Assembly: GCA_963704905.1 (NCBI GenBank)
Contig: CAVPHZ010000001.1
Coordinates: 131,438-195,437, forward strand
Source: Candidatus Chisholmbacteria bacterium
Lineage (GTDB): Bacteria > Patescibacteriota > Microgenomatia > UBA1400 > Chisholmbacteraceae
Direction: 5' to 3'
Length of the DNA stretch: 64,000 nucleotides
The translations under genes and the position numbers were made by a program. Shown here piece after piece: positions 20,304-30,183 of this stretch; within the stretch, counting starts at the first letter, position 1; the number at the start of each line of letters is the position of its first letter. The notes under the pieces were generated by a model, which saw only the letters and a program-made list of their open reading frames with translations, did no database searches and was not told the origin of the DNA.

Positions 20304-21093
20304 CTGCCGTAAATGCTTTTAGGTTTCGTTTCCAAAGCACATTTAATATAAATACTAGCACTACCAACCAACTCGCCTGGAAAAAAACTTGAATAAGTGC
20401 ATCAGTTCCCTGAATTTCCCCACTAATGATTCTGACAGGAATGTAATATCGAAATTGAAAGGGGAGCATTGAGGCAAGATTGGCTAGCCATTTGGGCATG
20501 AACTCAAAGGGCATCATGCTTCCACTAAATAACCAACCCAACATCCACTTTAAATGAGACAAGCTACTCGCCTCCTCGAACACGAAACCCATTGCAGTAA
20601 CCATCAAACTGTAAATTGCTTCCATTATATATGCCATGATCAGCATTCCCGGAAGGAGTAGAAATGAAGCGTTGAATGAATCTGGATAAATTTCTGGCAC
20701 GAAAATCTTGGAAATAATGAGCACCGGTGTAACAGTTGATACTAATGTCATCATCCGCCAACCTATTTCGCCAACAACTAAGCTAATCTTGAATGAATAC
20801 GGTTTGACGAGATTACTGACAATTTCTCCTGAACGGATTTTTTTTAATACATCTTCTTCAAAATGTGCTCCAGTTATATCTTGAACAATGAATCCGATGA
20901 CGTAATAGCCGATGAGGGATGTTTTTGAAATTCCAGCAATTTCGGCTTTGTCTCCATATGCGCTGAGCCATAACACTAGCGTCGCTATCAGAGGCATGGA
21001 GTCTATAATGCTCCATAACATTAATTCCGCTCTGAATGTCAGTGCTTCTTTCGTATCTGTTAGTAATAATGCGAAGTATTTTCTTAACTTCAT
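20293..21093 (-). CDS. ABC-2 family transporter permease (paralog 1, first gene of operon)
   Basis: 266 aa, multi-TM, C-terminal ...LKAFTAVGS. Confidence 0.65.
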   Translation of the reverse strand: MKLRKYFALLLTDTKEALTFRAELMLWSIIDSMPLIATLVLWLSAYGDKAEIAGISKTSLIGYYVIGFIVQDITGAHFEEDVLKKIRSGEIVSNLVKPYSFKISLVVGEIGWRMMTLVSTVTPVLIISKIFVPEIYPDSFNASFLLLPGMLIMAYIMEAIYSLMVTAMGFVFEEASSLSHLKWMLGWLFSGSMMPFEFMPKWLANLASMLPFQFRYYIPVRIISGEIQGTDALIQVFFQASWLVVLVFILNVLWKRNLKAFTAVGS

Positions 21094-21122
21094 ATTGCTT
21101 GATTACTTTTTAAGTCTAAAAT

Positions 21123-21149
21123 AAAAAACCCCGCTTGTGCGGGGTTTTT
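21123..21149. terminator. Bidirectional rho-independent terminator
   Basis: AAAAAACCCCGCTTGTGCGGGGTTTTT: GC stem with A-tract and T-tract on either side, between the HU gene and the permease operon. Confidence 0.8.
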
Positions 21150-21171
21150 CTAAATTACTTTAGATAATTGT

Positions 21172-21447
21172 TTACCAAACTGATTTCTTCAGTGGTTTCC
21201 CCGCTCTAAAATTTACTACTCTGTGTGCTTTTATTGTCGTTCGCTGATCTTCATTACCAAATGGAACGATTTGTTTATCTGCTACTTTTGAAATGTAAAA
21301 TGTTCCAAATCCTGAAAGCACTACTCGCTCGCCTTTTTTTAATGACCTTGCAATTTCATCTAAGAATACATCCATCGCCTCTGCGGCTGCTTTTTTTGTA
21401 AGATGCCCTTTCTTGGCAACGATGTCGACAAAATCTCGCTTAGTCAT
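21172..21447 (-). CDS. hup: DNA-binding protein HU
   Basis: MTKRDFVDIVAKKGHLTKKAAAEAMDVFLDEIARSLKKGERVVLSGFGTF...RAGK. Likely start is the internal Met at 21447. Confidence 0.85.
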   Translation of the reverse strand: MTKRDFVDIVAKKGHLTKKAAAEAMDVFLDEIARSLKKGERVVLSGFGTFYISKVADKQIVPFGNEDQRTTIKAHRVVNFRAGKPLKKSVW

Positions 21448-21555
21448 TGTAACTCCTTTCGGTTCGCGTAGCGCGAACACCGCAATCACTTTTATAATTC
21501 AAACTATGTATTTAAGCTATACACCAGCAAAAATTCATTGTCAATGGGTAAATAG

Positions 21556-21593
21556 CCACAAAAAGCCCGATCCTTCAAGAAATTTGACCGGGC
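21556..21593 (-). terminator. Rho-independent terminator downstream of rny
   Basis: Hairpin AGCCCGGTC..GATCGGGCT followed by TTTTTGTGG on the minus strand. Confidence 0.55.
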
Positions 21594-21606
21594 TGTACGT
21601 TTACAA

Positions 21607-23121
21607 TTACTTTGCGACGTCTGATGCTCTTACCTCACGGACAACTGTCACTTTCACAGTTCCAGGGTAGGTCATTTCTTTTTCAATACGCACCTTAAGG
21701 TCATGAGCTATTTTTTCGGTTGCCTGATCCGAAACCTCTTTCGGTTCAACAATCACTCTCACTTCACGACCTGCTTGAATTGCATACGCTTCTTTTACAC
21801 CCTTATATGAAGTTGCGAGCTCTTCCAAAGTTGTTAAACGTTTGACATACTCTTCATAGTTCTCGTAGCGTGCTCCTGGTCGACTCCCCGAAATTGCGTC
21901 TGCAATATAGACTAGCGCAGATTCCTTAGTGCTTATCGGCTCGTCTTCATGATGCTGTGCTACACAATCCACGACTGACTGAGGAATGTTGTACTGTTTC
22001 AGAAATTTCACACCGAGTTCAACATGACTTCCTTCTTCATCTGTAATGATCTTACCGATATCGTGAAGAAGACATCCAAGACGAACGGTGTCTACATCAG
22101 CTCCAACTTCATGGGCGAGTTTTATCCCAATCTTTGTTTCTTCAAGAGTATGGGAAATCATGTTCTGGCCGTAGGAGAATCGGTATTTGAAATGGCCAAG
22201 CTTCTGCACTATGTCTCGGGGAAGATTGTAGACTTTTACCGCATGGCAGAGTTTTCTCCCTTCTTCAAACATCACTCGATCGATTTCATTTCTCGCTTTA
22301 GTGACAAATTCCTCTATTCTTGATGGTTGGATACGACCATCTGCAATGAGTCTCATGAGAGCAACTTTTGCAACTTCTCTTCGAACTGGATCAAAACTAC
22401 TTAATCGTACTTCTCCGGGTGTCTCGTCAAGATCGATGTCAACCCCTGTTGCTCGCTCAAGAGAACGAATGTTGCGACCCTCTTTCCCGATAATTCTTCC
22501 TTTCATCTCATCGTCTGGAAGTTTTACAGTTGAAACCGAATATTCTGCTACATAATCAGTTGCACCAAGACGCATGCTGTCTATGAGAATTTCTCGTGCT
22601 TTCTCCTCAGAATCCTCCTTGGCTCGCTCTTCTGCCTCTCGAATACGCTTACTCATCTGCTCAGCTAACTCTTTATCCAGTTCAGCAAAAAGGGTTTTTG
22701 AGGCTTCATCTTTGGTGAGCTTTGAAACTTGCTCGAGTTTTTCGAGTTGTTCTTTTTTCAGCAGCTCTGTTTGATTGAGGTTCTCTTCAATCTGAGCTCT
22801 TAACCTTTCGAGCTCCTCTTGTCTTTTTTGTAGGTGAGATTGCCGCTCTTCAAGGTGTGCTTCCGTTCTGGTAAGTTGCCTTTGCAATTCCGCTAATTCT
22901 TCACGGAGTCTCCGCGATTCTTCTTCTGCTCCCCGGCGGATTCGCAACGCTTCATCTTTTGCATCAATAATGATTTCTCTGGCTTTGGCTTGAGCAGCAG
23001 AAAGATCAACCTTCGCAGGAGCTGGTTCCTGTTTTTTTATGATTTTTCTCTGAGGTTGTGGTCTTGCTGTTTTACTCTCTTTTGGAAGAAAAACCTTTTG
23101 AAATGAACTAAATAACTTCAT
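21607..23121 (-). CDS. rny: Ribonuclease Y
   Basis: Coiled-coil N-terminus, KH domain (GKEGRNIRSLERATGVDIDLD) and HD domain (LLHDIGK). Confidence 0.9.
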   Translation of the reverse strand: MKLFSSFQKVFLPKESKTARPQPQRKIIKKQEPAPAKVDLSAAQAKAREIIIDAKDEALRIRRGAEEESRRLREELAELQRQLTRTEAHLEERQSHLQKRQEELERLRAQIEENLNQTELLKKEQLEKLEQVSKLTKDEASKTLFAELDKELAEQMSKRIREAEERAKEDSEEKAREILIDSMRLGATDYVAEYSVSTVKLPDDEMKGRIIGKEGRNIRSLERATGVDIDLDETPGEVRLSSFDPVRREVAKVALMRLIADGRIQPSRIEEFVTKARNEIDRVMFEEGRKLCHAVKVYNLPRDIVQKLGHFKYRFSYGQNMISHTLEETKIGIKLAHEVGADVDTVRLGCLLHDIGKIITDEEGSHVELGVKFLKQYNIPQSVVDCVAQHHEDEPISTKESALVYIADAISGSRPGARYENYEEYVKRLTTLEELATSYKGVKEAYAIQAGREVRVIVEPKEVSDQATEKIAHDLKVRIEKEMTYPGTVKVTVVREVRASDVAK

Positions 23122-23291
23122 ACTCTATCCTTTCAAGTAAATAGTTGTAAGCTACGCGGAAATAATGCCAGAGAAAAATTCGCCCACTCTTATGGTGTTC
23201 GCTGTTGTCGAAGAGGTCTGCTCACTATTTGTTGTAATTTCATCTTCGAGTACTAGTAATTGTCCAATGACATCATTTAAGCGTAAGTATT

Positions 23292-23928
23292 CTACTGTTT
23301 TCCTGTTACCTCGTCAACGACGCTTTTGATGATATTCCATGCAAAGCCTCTTCTTCTGAGATAGTCGATGAGCTTTTGTTGAGCTCGAGGATCAGAATTT
23401 TTTAAAAGTTTTTTGCTTTTTTAAAGCGGACTCCCTGGCTGACTCAATTTCATCTCTTCCTTTGAGTGCATTGCTAATGATGTGATTATCTATTCCCTTC
23501 ATTCGAAGCTCTTGAGTTATTGCGAAGTTTCCTTTGGGACGATGTTTCGTCCTCTGCTCGATCCACCACTGGGAAAACTCTTCGTCGTTGATAATATTTT
23601 TTTGCTTTAATTTATTGACCACTTTATCTATTAGCTTTTGTTTATTTTTTATTTTTGCCTGTTTATAGAGTTTTCGATGTAGATATGTTTGAATTTCTTT
23701 TTGAGATCGAGGTCTGTATGAAAGGTAATTCAATGTCTGAGATGTTAATTTTTCTTCTATTGATGTATTCAGAAGTTTTTGCAGTTGATTGCTGGAGATT
23801 TCTGTTCCTTCCTTTAGCTTCTGTTTGACCACTATAGACAAATCGAGACCTGTCACAAATTTTCCATCAATAAAAAGGTTTGCTATTTTCTTGTTCTTTT
23901 GCAATGTAATTGCAGTGATTTGTGGCAT
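23292..23928 (-). CDS. recX: Recombination regulator RecX, split by an apparent frameshift in T-rich runs near 23392-23415
   Basis: 178-aa N-terminal ORF. The canonical C-terminal repeat (KLIDYLRRRGFAWNIIKSVVDEV) is encoded immediately downstream in another frame. Directly downstream of recA. Confidence 0.75.
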
Positions 23929-23955
23929 TGAGTGGAATTTACAATTGGAAGTTTC

Positions 23956-25023
23956 TCAAGAATCCTCGGGTTGGTGGGTTTTTGCACTTGGTTTTGTTTT
24001 CTTTTCCTTTACCATTTTGTATACTTCGTTTTCTATTTCTTTTGCGAGTTTCTTGTCTTCCATGAGAATCTGTTTAGCTGCTTCTCTCCCTTGAGCCAGT
24101 ACTTCTTCTTTGTATTTGAGAAAGCTACCTGATTTTTCAATAACTCCGAGATCAGTGGCTACATCTAGTAAACTTCCCGATGATGAAATTCCTGCATCAT
24201 TCATGATATCGAACTCAGTAATTCGGAATGGGGGTGCAACTTTGTTTTTTACCACTTTTACTCGATGACGTGATCCGACAATCAGCTCCCCATCTTGAAT
24301 GTTTCCTATCTTTCGCATGTCAATTCTGATTGAGGAGTAATACTTGAGTGCATGTCCTCCTGTAGTGGTTTCAGGATTTCCAAACATTACACCGATTTTC
24401 ATTCGAAGTTGGTTGGTAAAAATCATCACCGTCTTTGAACGAGCGATCGCACCTGATAATTTCCTCATAGCTTGACTCATTAATCTTGCCTGAACTCCAA
24501 TTATTGAGTCTCCCATATCCCCTTCGATTTCTGCTTTTGGCACGAGTGCAGCGACTGAATCAATGCAAATGACGTCGACTCCACCGGAGCGGATAAGTGT
24601 TTCGGCTATTTCTAATGCTTGTTCTCCTGTGTCTGGCTGAGAAACGAGAAGCTCGTCAAGATTTACACCAATTGCAGCTCCTCGTTGCGGATCGAGCGCA
24701 TGTTCGGCGTCGATAAACGCTGCTGTTCCACCCATCTTCTGTGCCTGTGCAATGACGTGAAGACAGAGGGTTGTTTTTCCACTCGCCTCTGGACCAAATA
24801 TTTCTGCTATTCTCCCGCGCGGTAAACCCCCAACTCCCAGTGCGATATCTAATCCAAGCGCGCCAGTTGGTATCGATGAAATACCTTCTAACTTTGAAGG
24901 AGCATCCCCGAGCTTCATTATTGATCCTTTTCCGTATTGCTTTTCGATCTGCTCCATTGCAATGTTGACTGCTTGAAGCCGTTTCGACTGTTTGTCTTCT
25001 TTGGAAGTTTTTTCTTTCTTCAT
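23956..25023 (-). CDS. recA: Recombinase RecA
   Basis: [20 protein letters not shown] (Walker A), [11 protein letters not shown]2 loop region. 355 aa. Confidence 0.95.
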   Translation of the reverse strand: MKKEKTSKEDKQSKRLQAVNIAMEQIEKQYGKGSIMKLGDAPSKLEGISSIPTGALGLDIALGVGGLPRGRIAEIFGPEASGKTTLCLHVIAQAQKMGGTAAFIDAEHALDPQRGAAIGVNLDELLVSQPDTGEQALEIAETLIRSGGVDVICIDSVAALVPKAEIEGDMGDSIIGVQARLMSQAMRKLSGAIARSKTVMIFTNQLRMKIGVMFGNPETTTGGHALKYYSSIRIDMRKIGNIQDGELIVGSRHRVKVVKNKVAPPFRITEFDIMNDAGISSSGSLLDVATDLGVIEKSGSFLKYKEEVLAQGREAAKQILMEDKKLAKEIENEVYKMVKEKKTKPSAKTHQPEDS

Positions 25024-25758
25024 TTAAATAATGATCTCTTCTGTTTGAGGATCTATTGTAGCAGGGGGTTCTTGGTTTTCAAGTAGTGAACTCTCAATAT
25101 CCGCAATGATTGATTGAACATCAGTTATCAATTCTTTATTCACTTTGATCGATTGAACTGTTCGTGATCCTAATAATATATTAATTGCAATTAATATCAT
25201 TAAAGATATTGTTCCAAGATATTGGAGGGCTTTGTTTGAATGAATTACCTTTGTTCCGCTTACATGGTCGTGCCAACCTTTGTTTTCTTTGTCTCGTATT
25301 ATCCAGAAAAATCCAAATCCGTATAGTAATCCTGCAACAAAATAGCCAATAACATATCGGAATGTTGATTGTTTTATGTCTAATAGGTTCTCATCATTGC
25401 TAACAATCTTAATTCCCGAAATGAGCTTCCCTATTGTGCCCCCTAATTTACTTGTCATGAAAATAATATAAAGTGCTGTGAGCGCTGGATAGATAAACAC
25501 AATGAAGTACAAACAAAATGCGATCGATGTCAGGACATCCTCTATGCTTGGGTTATTTGAAAACACTGCATATGTAAGCGCAAGGAAAATTCCTGTATTT
25601 ATGAATGTGTCAATAAGAGATGCCTGCAAGCGAATGAAATATCCTACGTTGCGTGTGATGTGTTGATTGTCTGTTTGCTGCGACATTGAAGAGTGCTCGC
25701 TCATAATCTCTGGTTTTGCTTCTTCTTGAGTTATTGGTATGTTTGATGAACTATTCAT
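25024..25758 (-). CDS. RDD family membrane protein
   Basis: GYFIRLQASLIDT start of the RDD domain and C-terminal WHDHVSGTKVI. Confidence 0.6.
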   Translation of the reverse strand: MNSSSNIPITQEEAKPEIMSEHSSMSQQTDNQHITRNVGYFIRLQASLIDTFINTGIFLALTYAVFSNNPSIEDVLTSIAFCLYFIVFIYPALTALYIIFMTSKLGGTIGKLISGIKIVSNDENLLDIKQSTFRYVIGYFVAGLLYGFGFFWIIRDKENKGWHDHVSGTKVIHSNKALQYLGTISLMILIAINILLGSRTVQSIKVNKELITDVQSIIADIESSLLENQEPPATIDPQTEEIII

Positions 25759-26808
25759 TTATTTTTCTGGCTCTTTCTCAGCTGGCTTATTATTTGATTC
25801 AATACCATCTATTTCTCTTATGAATAATGTCCAATTCGAAGTTTTAAATACTAAAAATACTCCCTTGATTAAAACGGAAAGCATGAAGAGGACCAGAAGT
25901 GGGATACCGACAAGCACTGCAATAACAATCCCAATTTCTTTTCCAATGACAAAAGCAAAAGTAATAATTATGCCAAGTAGTCCAATAATAATCACGGTTA
26001 CACAACCAATAGCACAACCAAATCCGAGGTGAATTGCGGCAAGGCCAAACATTTTAAATGCATACTTTTTTGCAAGTGTTAGTCCCTGTCTGAATGCTGT
26101 AGTAAATGAAAGATTCTTTCTTACAATGAGCTGTTCAGCAGCAATTGTGGCTAAGGCTAATAAAATACCTCCAACAACGATCACAAGTACCGCTGTAAAA
26201 ATAGCTAGAATTCCTAATGCAATTTTGAGACCAACATTTTCAAAGATTAAGAAGCCGATATAAAATAATCCTGAAATAAGAAGAATGACCAACCCAAAGA
26301 GAAACCCTGGAAAAAAATGGAGAAGCATCAATCGTTTGACAGATGAGAGGCCATGCTTTGCCCCAGAGCGAAGTGAGATTGTATTGTTATCCTCAATATC
26401 GTGAATAGATGCGATAAGCGCACCTCTTGCCCATTCCCTGAGAAAGAGACTCAATATTATCGCAGCGATAATTGCTACAACAATACTAATGCCGAGAATA
26501 ATCCAAACACTTACGGGAATGTTAGACACTACATCGGTGATCCTATCCGTCGCTGCACCCAGCACTTTGCTGGTGGTTTCTGGAATCTCATCGATTTTAA
26601 ATTCCTGAGGAAATTTAAAATCAGTACCACTTGACTCTCCACCGCCGCTACCACCTCCGCTGAAGTTATAGTTCGATCCCCCTGAGGAGAACGTGGCGAG
26701 AGCCATGCCAAAGACCCATAAAACCTTGTAGGTCTTGGTTATATTCCATGATCGTTTGAGAATGCGCTCGTAGTCCAGATTACTATGATGATAATGAATT
26801 CTTTTCAA
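25759..26808 (-). CDS. Polytopic membrane protein of unknown function, Gly/Ser-rich N-terminal loop
   Basis: 349 aa, about 7 TM, GGSNYNFSGGGSGGGESSG low-complexity loop. No recognisable catalytic motif. Confidence 0.4.
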   Translation of the reverse strand: MKRIHYHHSNLDYERILKRSWNITKTYKVLWVFGMALATFSSGGSNYNFSGGGSGGGESSGTDFKFPQEFKIDEIPETTSKVLGAATDRITDVVSNIPVSVWIILGISIVVAIIAAIILSLFLREWARGALIASIHDIEDNNTISLRSGAKHGLSSVKRLMLLHFFPGFLFGLVILLISGLFYIGFLIFENVGLKIALGILAIFTAVLVIVVGGILLALATIAAEQLIVRKNLSFTTAFRQGLTLAKKYAFKMFGLAAIHLGFGCAIGCVTVIIIGLLGIIITFAFVIGKEIGIVIAVLVGIPLLVLFMLSVLIKGVFLVFKTSNWTLFIREIDGIESNNKPAEKEPEK

Positions 26809-27205
26809 CTACTAGAGTTCCAGCAATTTTATCGTGCCAAGTTTGTTTTTTCTCATCCCAAATTGCCCAAAAATATCCTAATCCAAACACGATCGCTGAA
26901 ACAAACTTACCGATGGCTTCTCTAAGGAATGCTTTAGTTACAGTGAGCGGTTGCAAGTCGGTATCGACTACGACGAGTCCTAGTGCCATTTTCCCTGGAG
27001 TTGCACCTTTTTTAGCTAAAAATCCTACGTAATATAGTAGGTTGAGTACAATTGAAATACTAAAAACTCCAAGTGACATTAATGTACTTGTCGTATCTGC
27101 TAGATCGGGAACAGTTGCTGAACCTAAACCAGCTGCAATTGATGCAATTATTGAAATCGTGAAATTGACAGAACCAATAATCAATCCGTCAATTAATACT
27201 GCCAC
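26783..27205 (-). CDS. RDD family membrane protein (probably longer at the N-terminus, see findings)
   Basis: C-terminal TWHDKIAGTLVV RDD motif. The upstream in-frame sequence YGGVLKRFVAVLIDGL belongs to the RDD domain but no ATG precedes it. Confidence 0.55.
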   Translation of the reverse strand: MAVLIDGLIIGSVNFTISIIASIAAGLGSATVPDLADTTSTLMSLGVFSISIVLNLLYYVGFLAKKGATPGKMALGLVVVDTDLQPLTVTKAFLREAIGKFVSAIVFGLGYFWAIWDEKKQTWHDKIAGTLVVEKNSLSS

Positions 27206-27504
27206 AAATCGTTTTAAAACACCTCCATATACAACAGTGCTGGAGTTTGTTTTTTCAGGTTGTGATGGAGACTGATCGTTTTGTTGTGGCTCCTGATTTT
27301 GATTTTCTTCCTTAGGAGCGTCAGTTGGATTAGGCTCGGGCTGCTGCGTCGGTGCTTGGGTTGGCTGTTCTTCTATCTTACCTCCTCTAGATTATTTAAT
27401 CATACCCTCGTGTTAGAATACAAGACATCGAGATGTTCTATGCTGGAAGTACTCATTTAACCAGCGCTAGTTAGAATGAAATAAACGGATTGCTGGTTTA
27501 CATT

Positions 27505-27575
27505 CGGGGCATGGTCTAGTGGTAAGATAGGCGCATGGGGTGCGTCTGACCCTGGTTCAATTCCAGGTGCCCCGA
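27505..27575 (+). tRNA. tRNA-Pro (anticodon GGG)
   Basis: Cloverleaf by eye: acceptor CGGGGCA/TGCCCCG, D-arm with GG, anticodon stem GGCGC/GCGTC, loop ATGGGGT (U33, GGG, G37), T-arm CCTGG TTCAATT CCAGG. Confidence 0.8.
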
Positions 27576-27675
27576 CTATCATTTCGGCTAATGAGTGTGT
27601 ATATTATCGTTCCCTACTTTTCGGTAGGAAGAAATCCGGGCAGCTGATCTATCTCCCATATCTGTATCCGTAATC

Positions 27676-30060
27676 ATGAAATCTTCATATTTCAATCATC
27701 TTCTGCTCATCGTTGTATTTCTCACTGGTGCAGCAGTTCTTATTGTTGAGGTGGTAGCAACCCGGATTCTCTCTCCATACTTCGGGAATACTATTTATAC
27801 CTTCTCAAGTGTGATTGGAGTGATTTTGGCTGCATTAAGTTTGGGATATTATTTTGGCGGTAGGCTAGCTGATCAAAATCCAACTCTCAGATGGTTTTTT
27901 GGAATTATATATAGTGCTGGACTGAGCATTTTTTTTCTTGAGACTCTGATTATTTTTCAGCTTCCTATCTTTGGCTACAAATTTACTATTCTCACCGGAC
28001 CGTTATTCTCCTCGTTGATACTCTTTTTTCTCCCAAGCACTATACTTGGGTCTTTATCGCCTTATGCGATAGCACTTTTGAATAAACATTCTCCAAAACA
28101 AGGTGTTGGAACGACGTCCGGACTTGTCTTTTTTTGGTCCACAATTGGAAGTATTGTTGGAAGCTTGCTGACAGGATTTTATCTTATTCCAACCTTTGGC
28201 GTTCATCAAATCATATTTTCTGTAGGAGCGTTGCTGCTGGTTATTAGTCTGCTTGGTTTACTTGGTGCTGGAGTGCGACGCAAAGTTATGTTTCAACTAA
28301 TTACTGTTTCAGCGTTGGTTATGGTTCTGGTGCTTTCGTTTGTGCTCTCGATTCATCATGTCAGTGCTGTTTATGATCGCGATGGTGTTTATGAACACAT
28401 CACTATTCGTGACGGGATATTTAACAATCAACCTACTCGATTTTTTCAGCAGGATAAAAGCATGTCGGCAGCAATGTATCTCAATTCTGATGAGCATGTT
28501 TTTGACTACACAAAATATTATGCTTTGCAGACTATTTTTGTGTCAGAAGTAACGAAGGCTTTGGTGCTTGGAGGTGGAGCATATACCGTTCCAAAATCTC
28601 TTCTCAAAGATCTTCCTCAGGCTCAAATTGACGTCGTTGAGATAGAACCTTCACTTATTTCATTAGCTCAGCAGTACTTTGAGCTTGAGAATAATTCCCG
28701 ACTGACAAACTACATTCAGGATGGAAGACGGTTTCTTCACGACACGTCAAATCAATATGATCTTATCTATAGTGATGTATATTATTCAATCTTTTCTATT
28801 CCCACACATTTCACGACGAGAGAGTTTTTTCAGCTAGCCCTAGATCATCTTTCCGAAGACGGTGTATTTATTGCAAACATTATTGGAAATCTTTCAAGAC
28901 AATCACCTTCATTTCTCCTCAGCGAAATGCGGACGTTTCAGTCTGTCTTTCCCCAAACATATTTCTTTGCTGTTGATTCTCCTGGTCAAAGCCAATCACA
29001 GAACATCACCTTTGTTGGAACGACTAAAAAGGATATTGTTAATTTTTCTGATCCATATTTTCTTGATCATGAGAATCCACTTTTTCGGGAGTTGGCAGAA
29101 AAACAACTTGATGTAGACCGACTCGAACTTTCTCAAAACATTGTATTTCAAGATGATTATGCACCAGTAGATTTTTATACTTCAAAATTGCTTCAGCGTG
29201 AAACGCGCAAACCATATAACAATTTTGAAGGAGCTGAAGCGCTTGCATTGATTGAACAACAACTGCGCTACGGACCGCGTTATATTGGAAGTGAGGGGCA
29301 CAATAAAAGCGTTGATTTTATTTCCGCCGAACTTGATGCCTTAGTTGATACAGTCCACCTGCAACGCTGGCAACACTCTTCGGCGGACCAGTCTCAGATT
29401 TCGCTAACTAACATCATTGGCCGGATTCGACCAGAATTATCGCGAAGAATACTTCTGGGGACCCATTACGATAGTAAGCGATTTGCAGAGCTTGATCATG
29501 AGCACCCATTCCTCTCGGTTCCTGGTGCAAATGATTCTGCTTCCGGAACTGCAGTGCTTCTTGAACTGGCTCGCTCTTTAGCAAATTCAAACATGCAATT
29601 GAATGTTGGAGTTGATTTGGTTTTTTTTGATGGAGAGGAAGGTGAACATGACCTGTCTCATACCGAGTGGACTCCATTGGGTTCAACATATTTTTCAAAT
29701 CATCTTGATCAATATTATCCAAGAGCTCATCCTGAAAGTATGATCGTGATCGACATGGTTTGCGATAAAGATCTTACTATTTATAAAGAAGGCTCATCTG
29801 TTCAACATGCTCCTGAATTAGTTGATCGATTTTGGAGGATATCGAGTAGAACCTGGCCTGAAATATTTAAAAATCAAGTTCGCTATACCATTGGAGACGA
29901 CCACACTCCGCTTCAAATCAAGGGAATACCGAGTATGCTGATTATTGATTTTGAGTACCCTCCATTTCACACGACTGAAGACATAGCTGATAAGTGTAGT
30001 GCTGCGAGTTTGGAAGTTGTTGGTAAATCACTAGTTGATTATCTTTCTTCACTTGACTAA
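27676..30060 (+). CDS. Fusion protein: polytopic membrane domain plus spermidine-synthase-like fold plus C-terminal M28-family zinc peptidase / glutaminyl-cyclase-like domain
   Basis: N-terminal about 8 TM. Central LVLGGGAYTV...IDVVEIEP...IYSDVY aminopropyltransferase-like fold. C-terminal HYDSKR...GANDSASGTAVLLELARSL...VFFDGEEGE M28 metal-binding motifs. Confidence 0.6.
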   Translation: MKSSYFNHLLLIVVFLTGAAVLIVEVVATRILSPYFGNTIYTFSSVIGVILAALSLGYYFGGRLADQNPTLRWFFGIIYSAGLSIFFLETLIIFQLPIFGYKFTILTGPLFSSLILFFLPSTILGSLSPYAIALLNKHSPKQGVGTTSGLVFFWSTIGSIVGSLLTGFYLIPTFGVHQIIFSVGALLLVISLLGLLGAGVRRKVMFQLITVSALVMVLVLSFVLSIHHVSAVYDRDGVYEHITIRDGIFNNQPTRFFQQDKSMSAAMYLNSDEHVFDYTKYYALQTIFVSEVTKALVLGGGAYTVPKSLLKDLPQAQIDVVEIEPSLISLAQQYFELENNSRLTNYIQDGRRFLHDTSNQYDLIYSDVYYSIFSIPTHFTTREFFQLALDHLSEDGVFIANIIGNLSRQSPSFLLSEMRTFQSVFPQTYFFAVDSPGQSQSQNITFVGTTKKDIVNFSDPYFLDHENPLFRELAEKQLDVDRLELSQNIVFQDDYAPVDFYTSKLLQRETRKPYNNFEGAEALALIEQQLRYGPRYIGSEGHNKSVDFISAELDALVDTVHLQRWQHSSADQSQISLTNIIGRIRPELSRRILLGTHYDSKRFAELDHEHPFLSVPGANDSASGTAVLLELARSLANSNMQLNVGVDLVFFDGEEGEHDLSHTEWTPLGSTYFSNHLDQYYPRAHPESMIVIDMVCDKDLTIYKEGSSVQHAPELVDRFWRISSRTWPEIFKNQVRYTIGDDHTPLQIKGIPSMLIIDFEYPPFHTTEDIADKCSAASLEVVGKSLVDYLSSLD

Positions 30061-30183
30061 AGTTTGATACATACTCTTTACTAGTAATGTTCAAAAATTA
30101 TTTTCCCCGTTGTATAATAATGAAGTTTTCATTTGTACTTAGTTCTGATAGGGTTCTTTTGCTTATGTAGTACAGTAAAAAGG

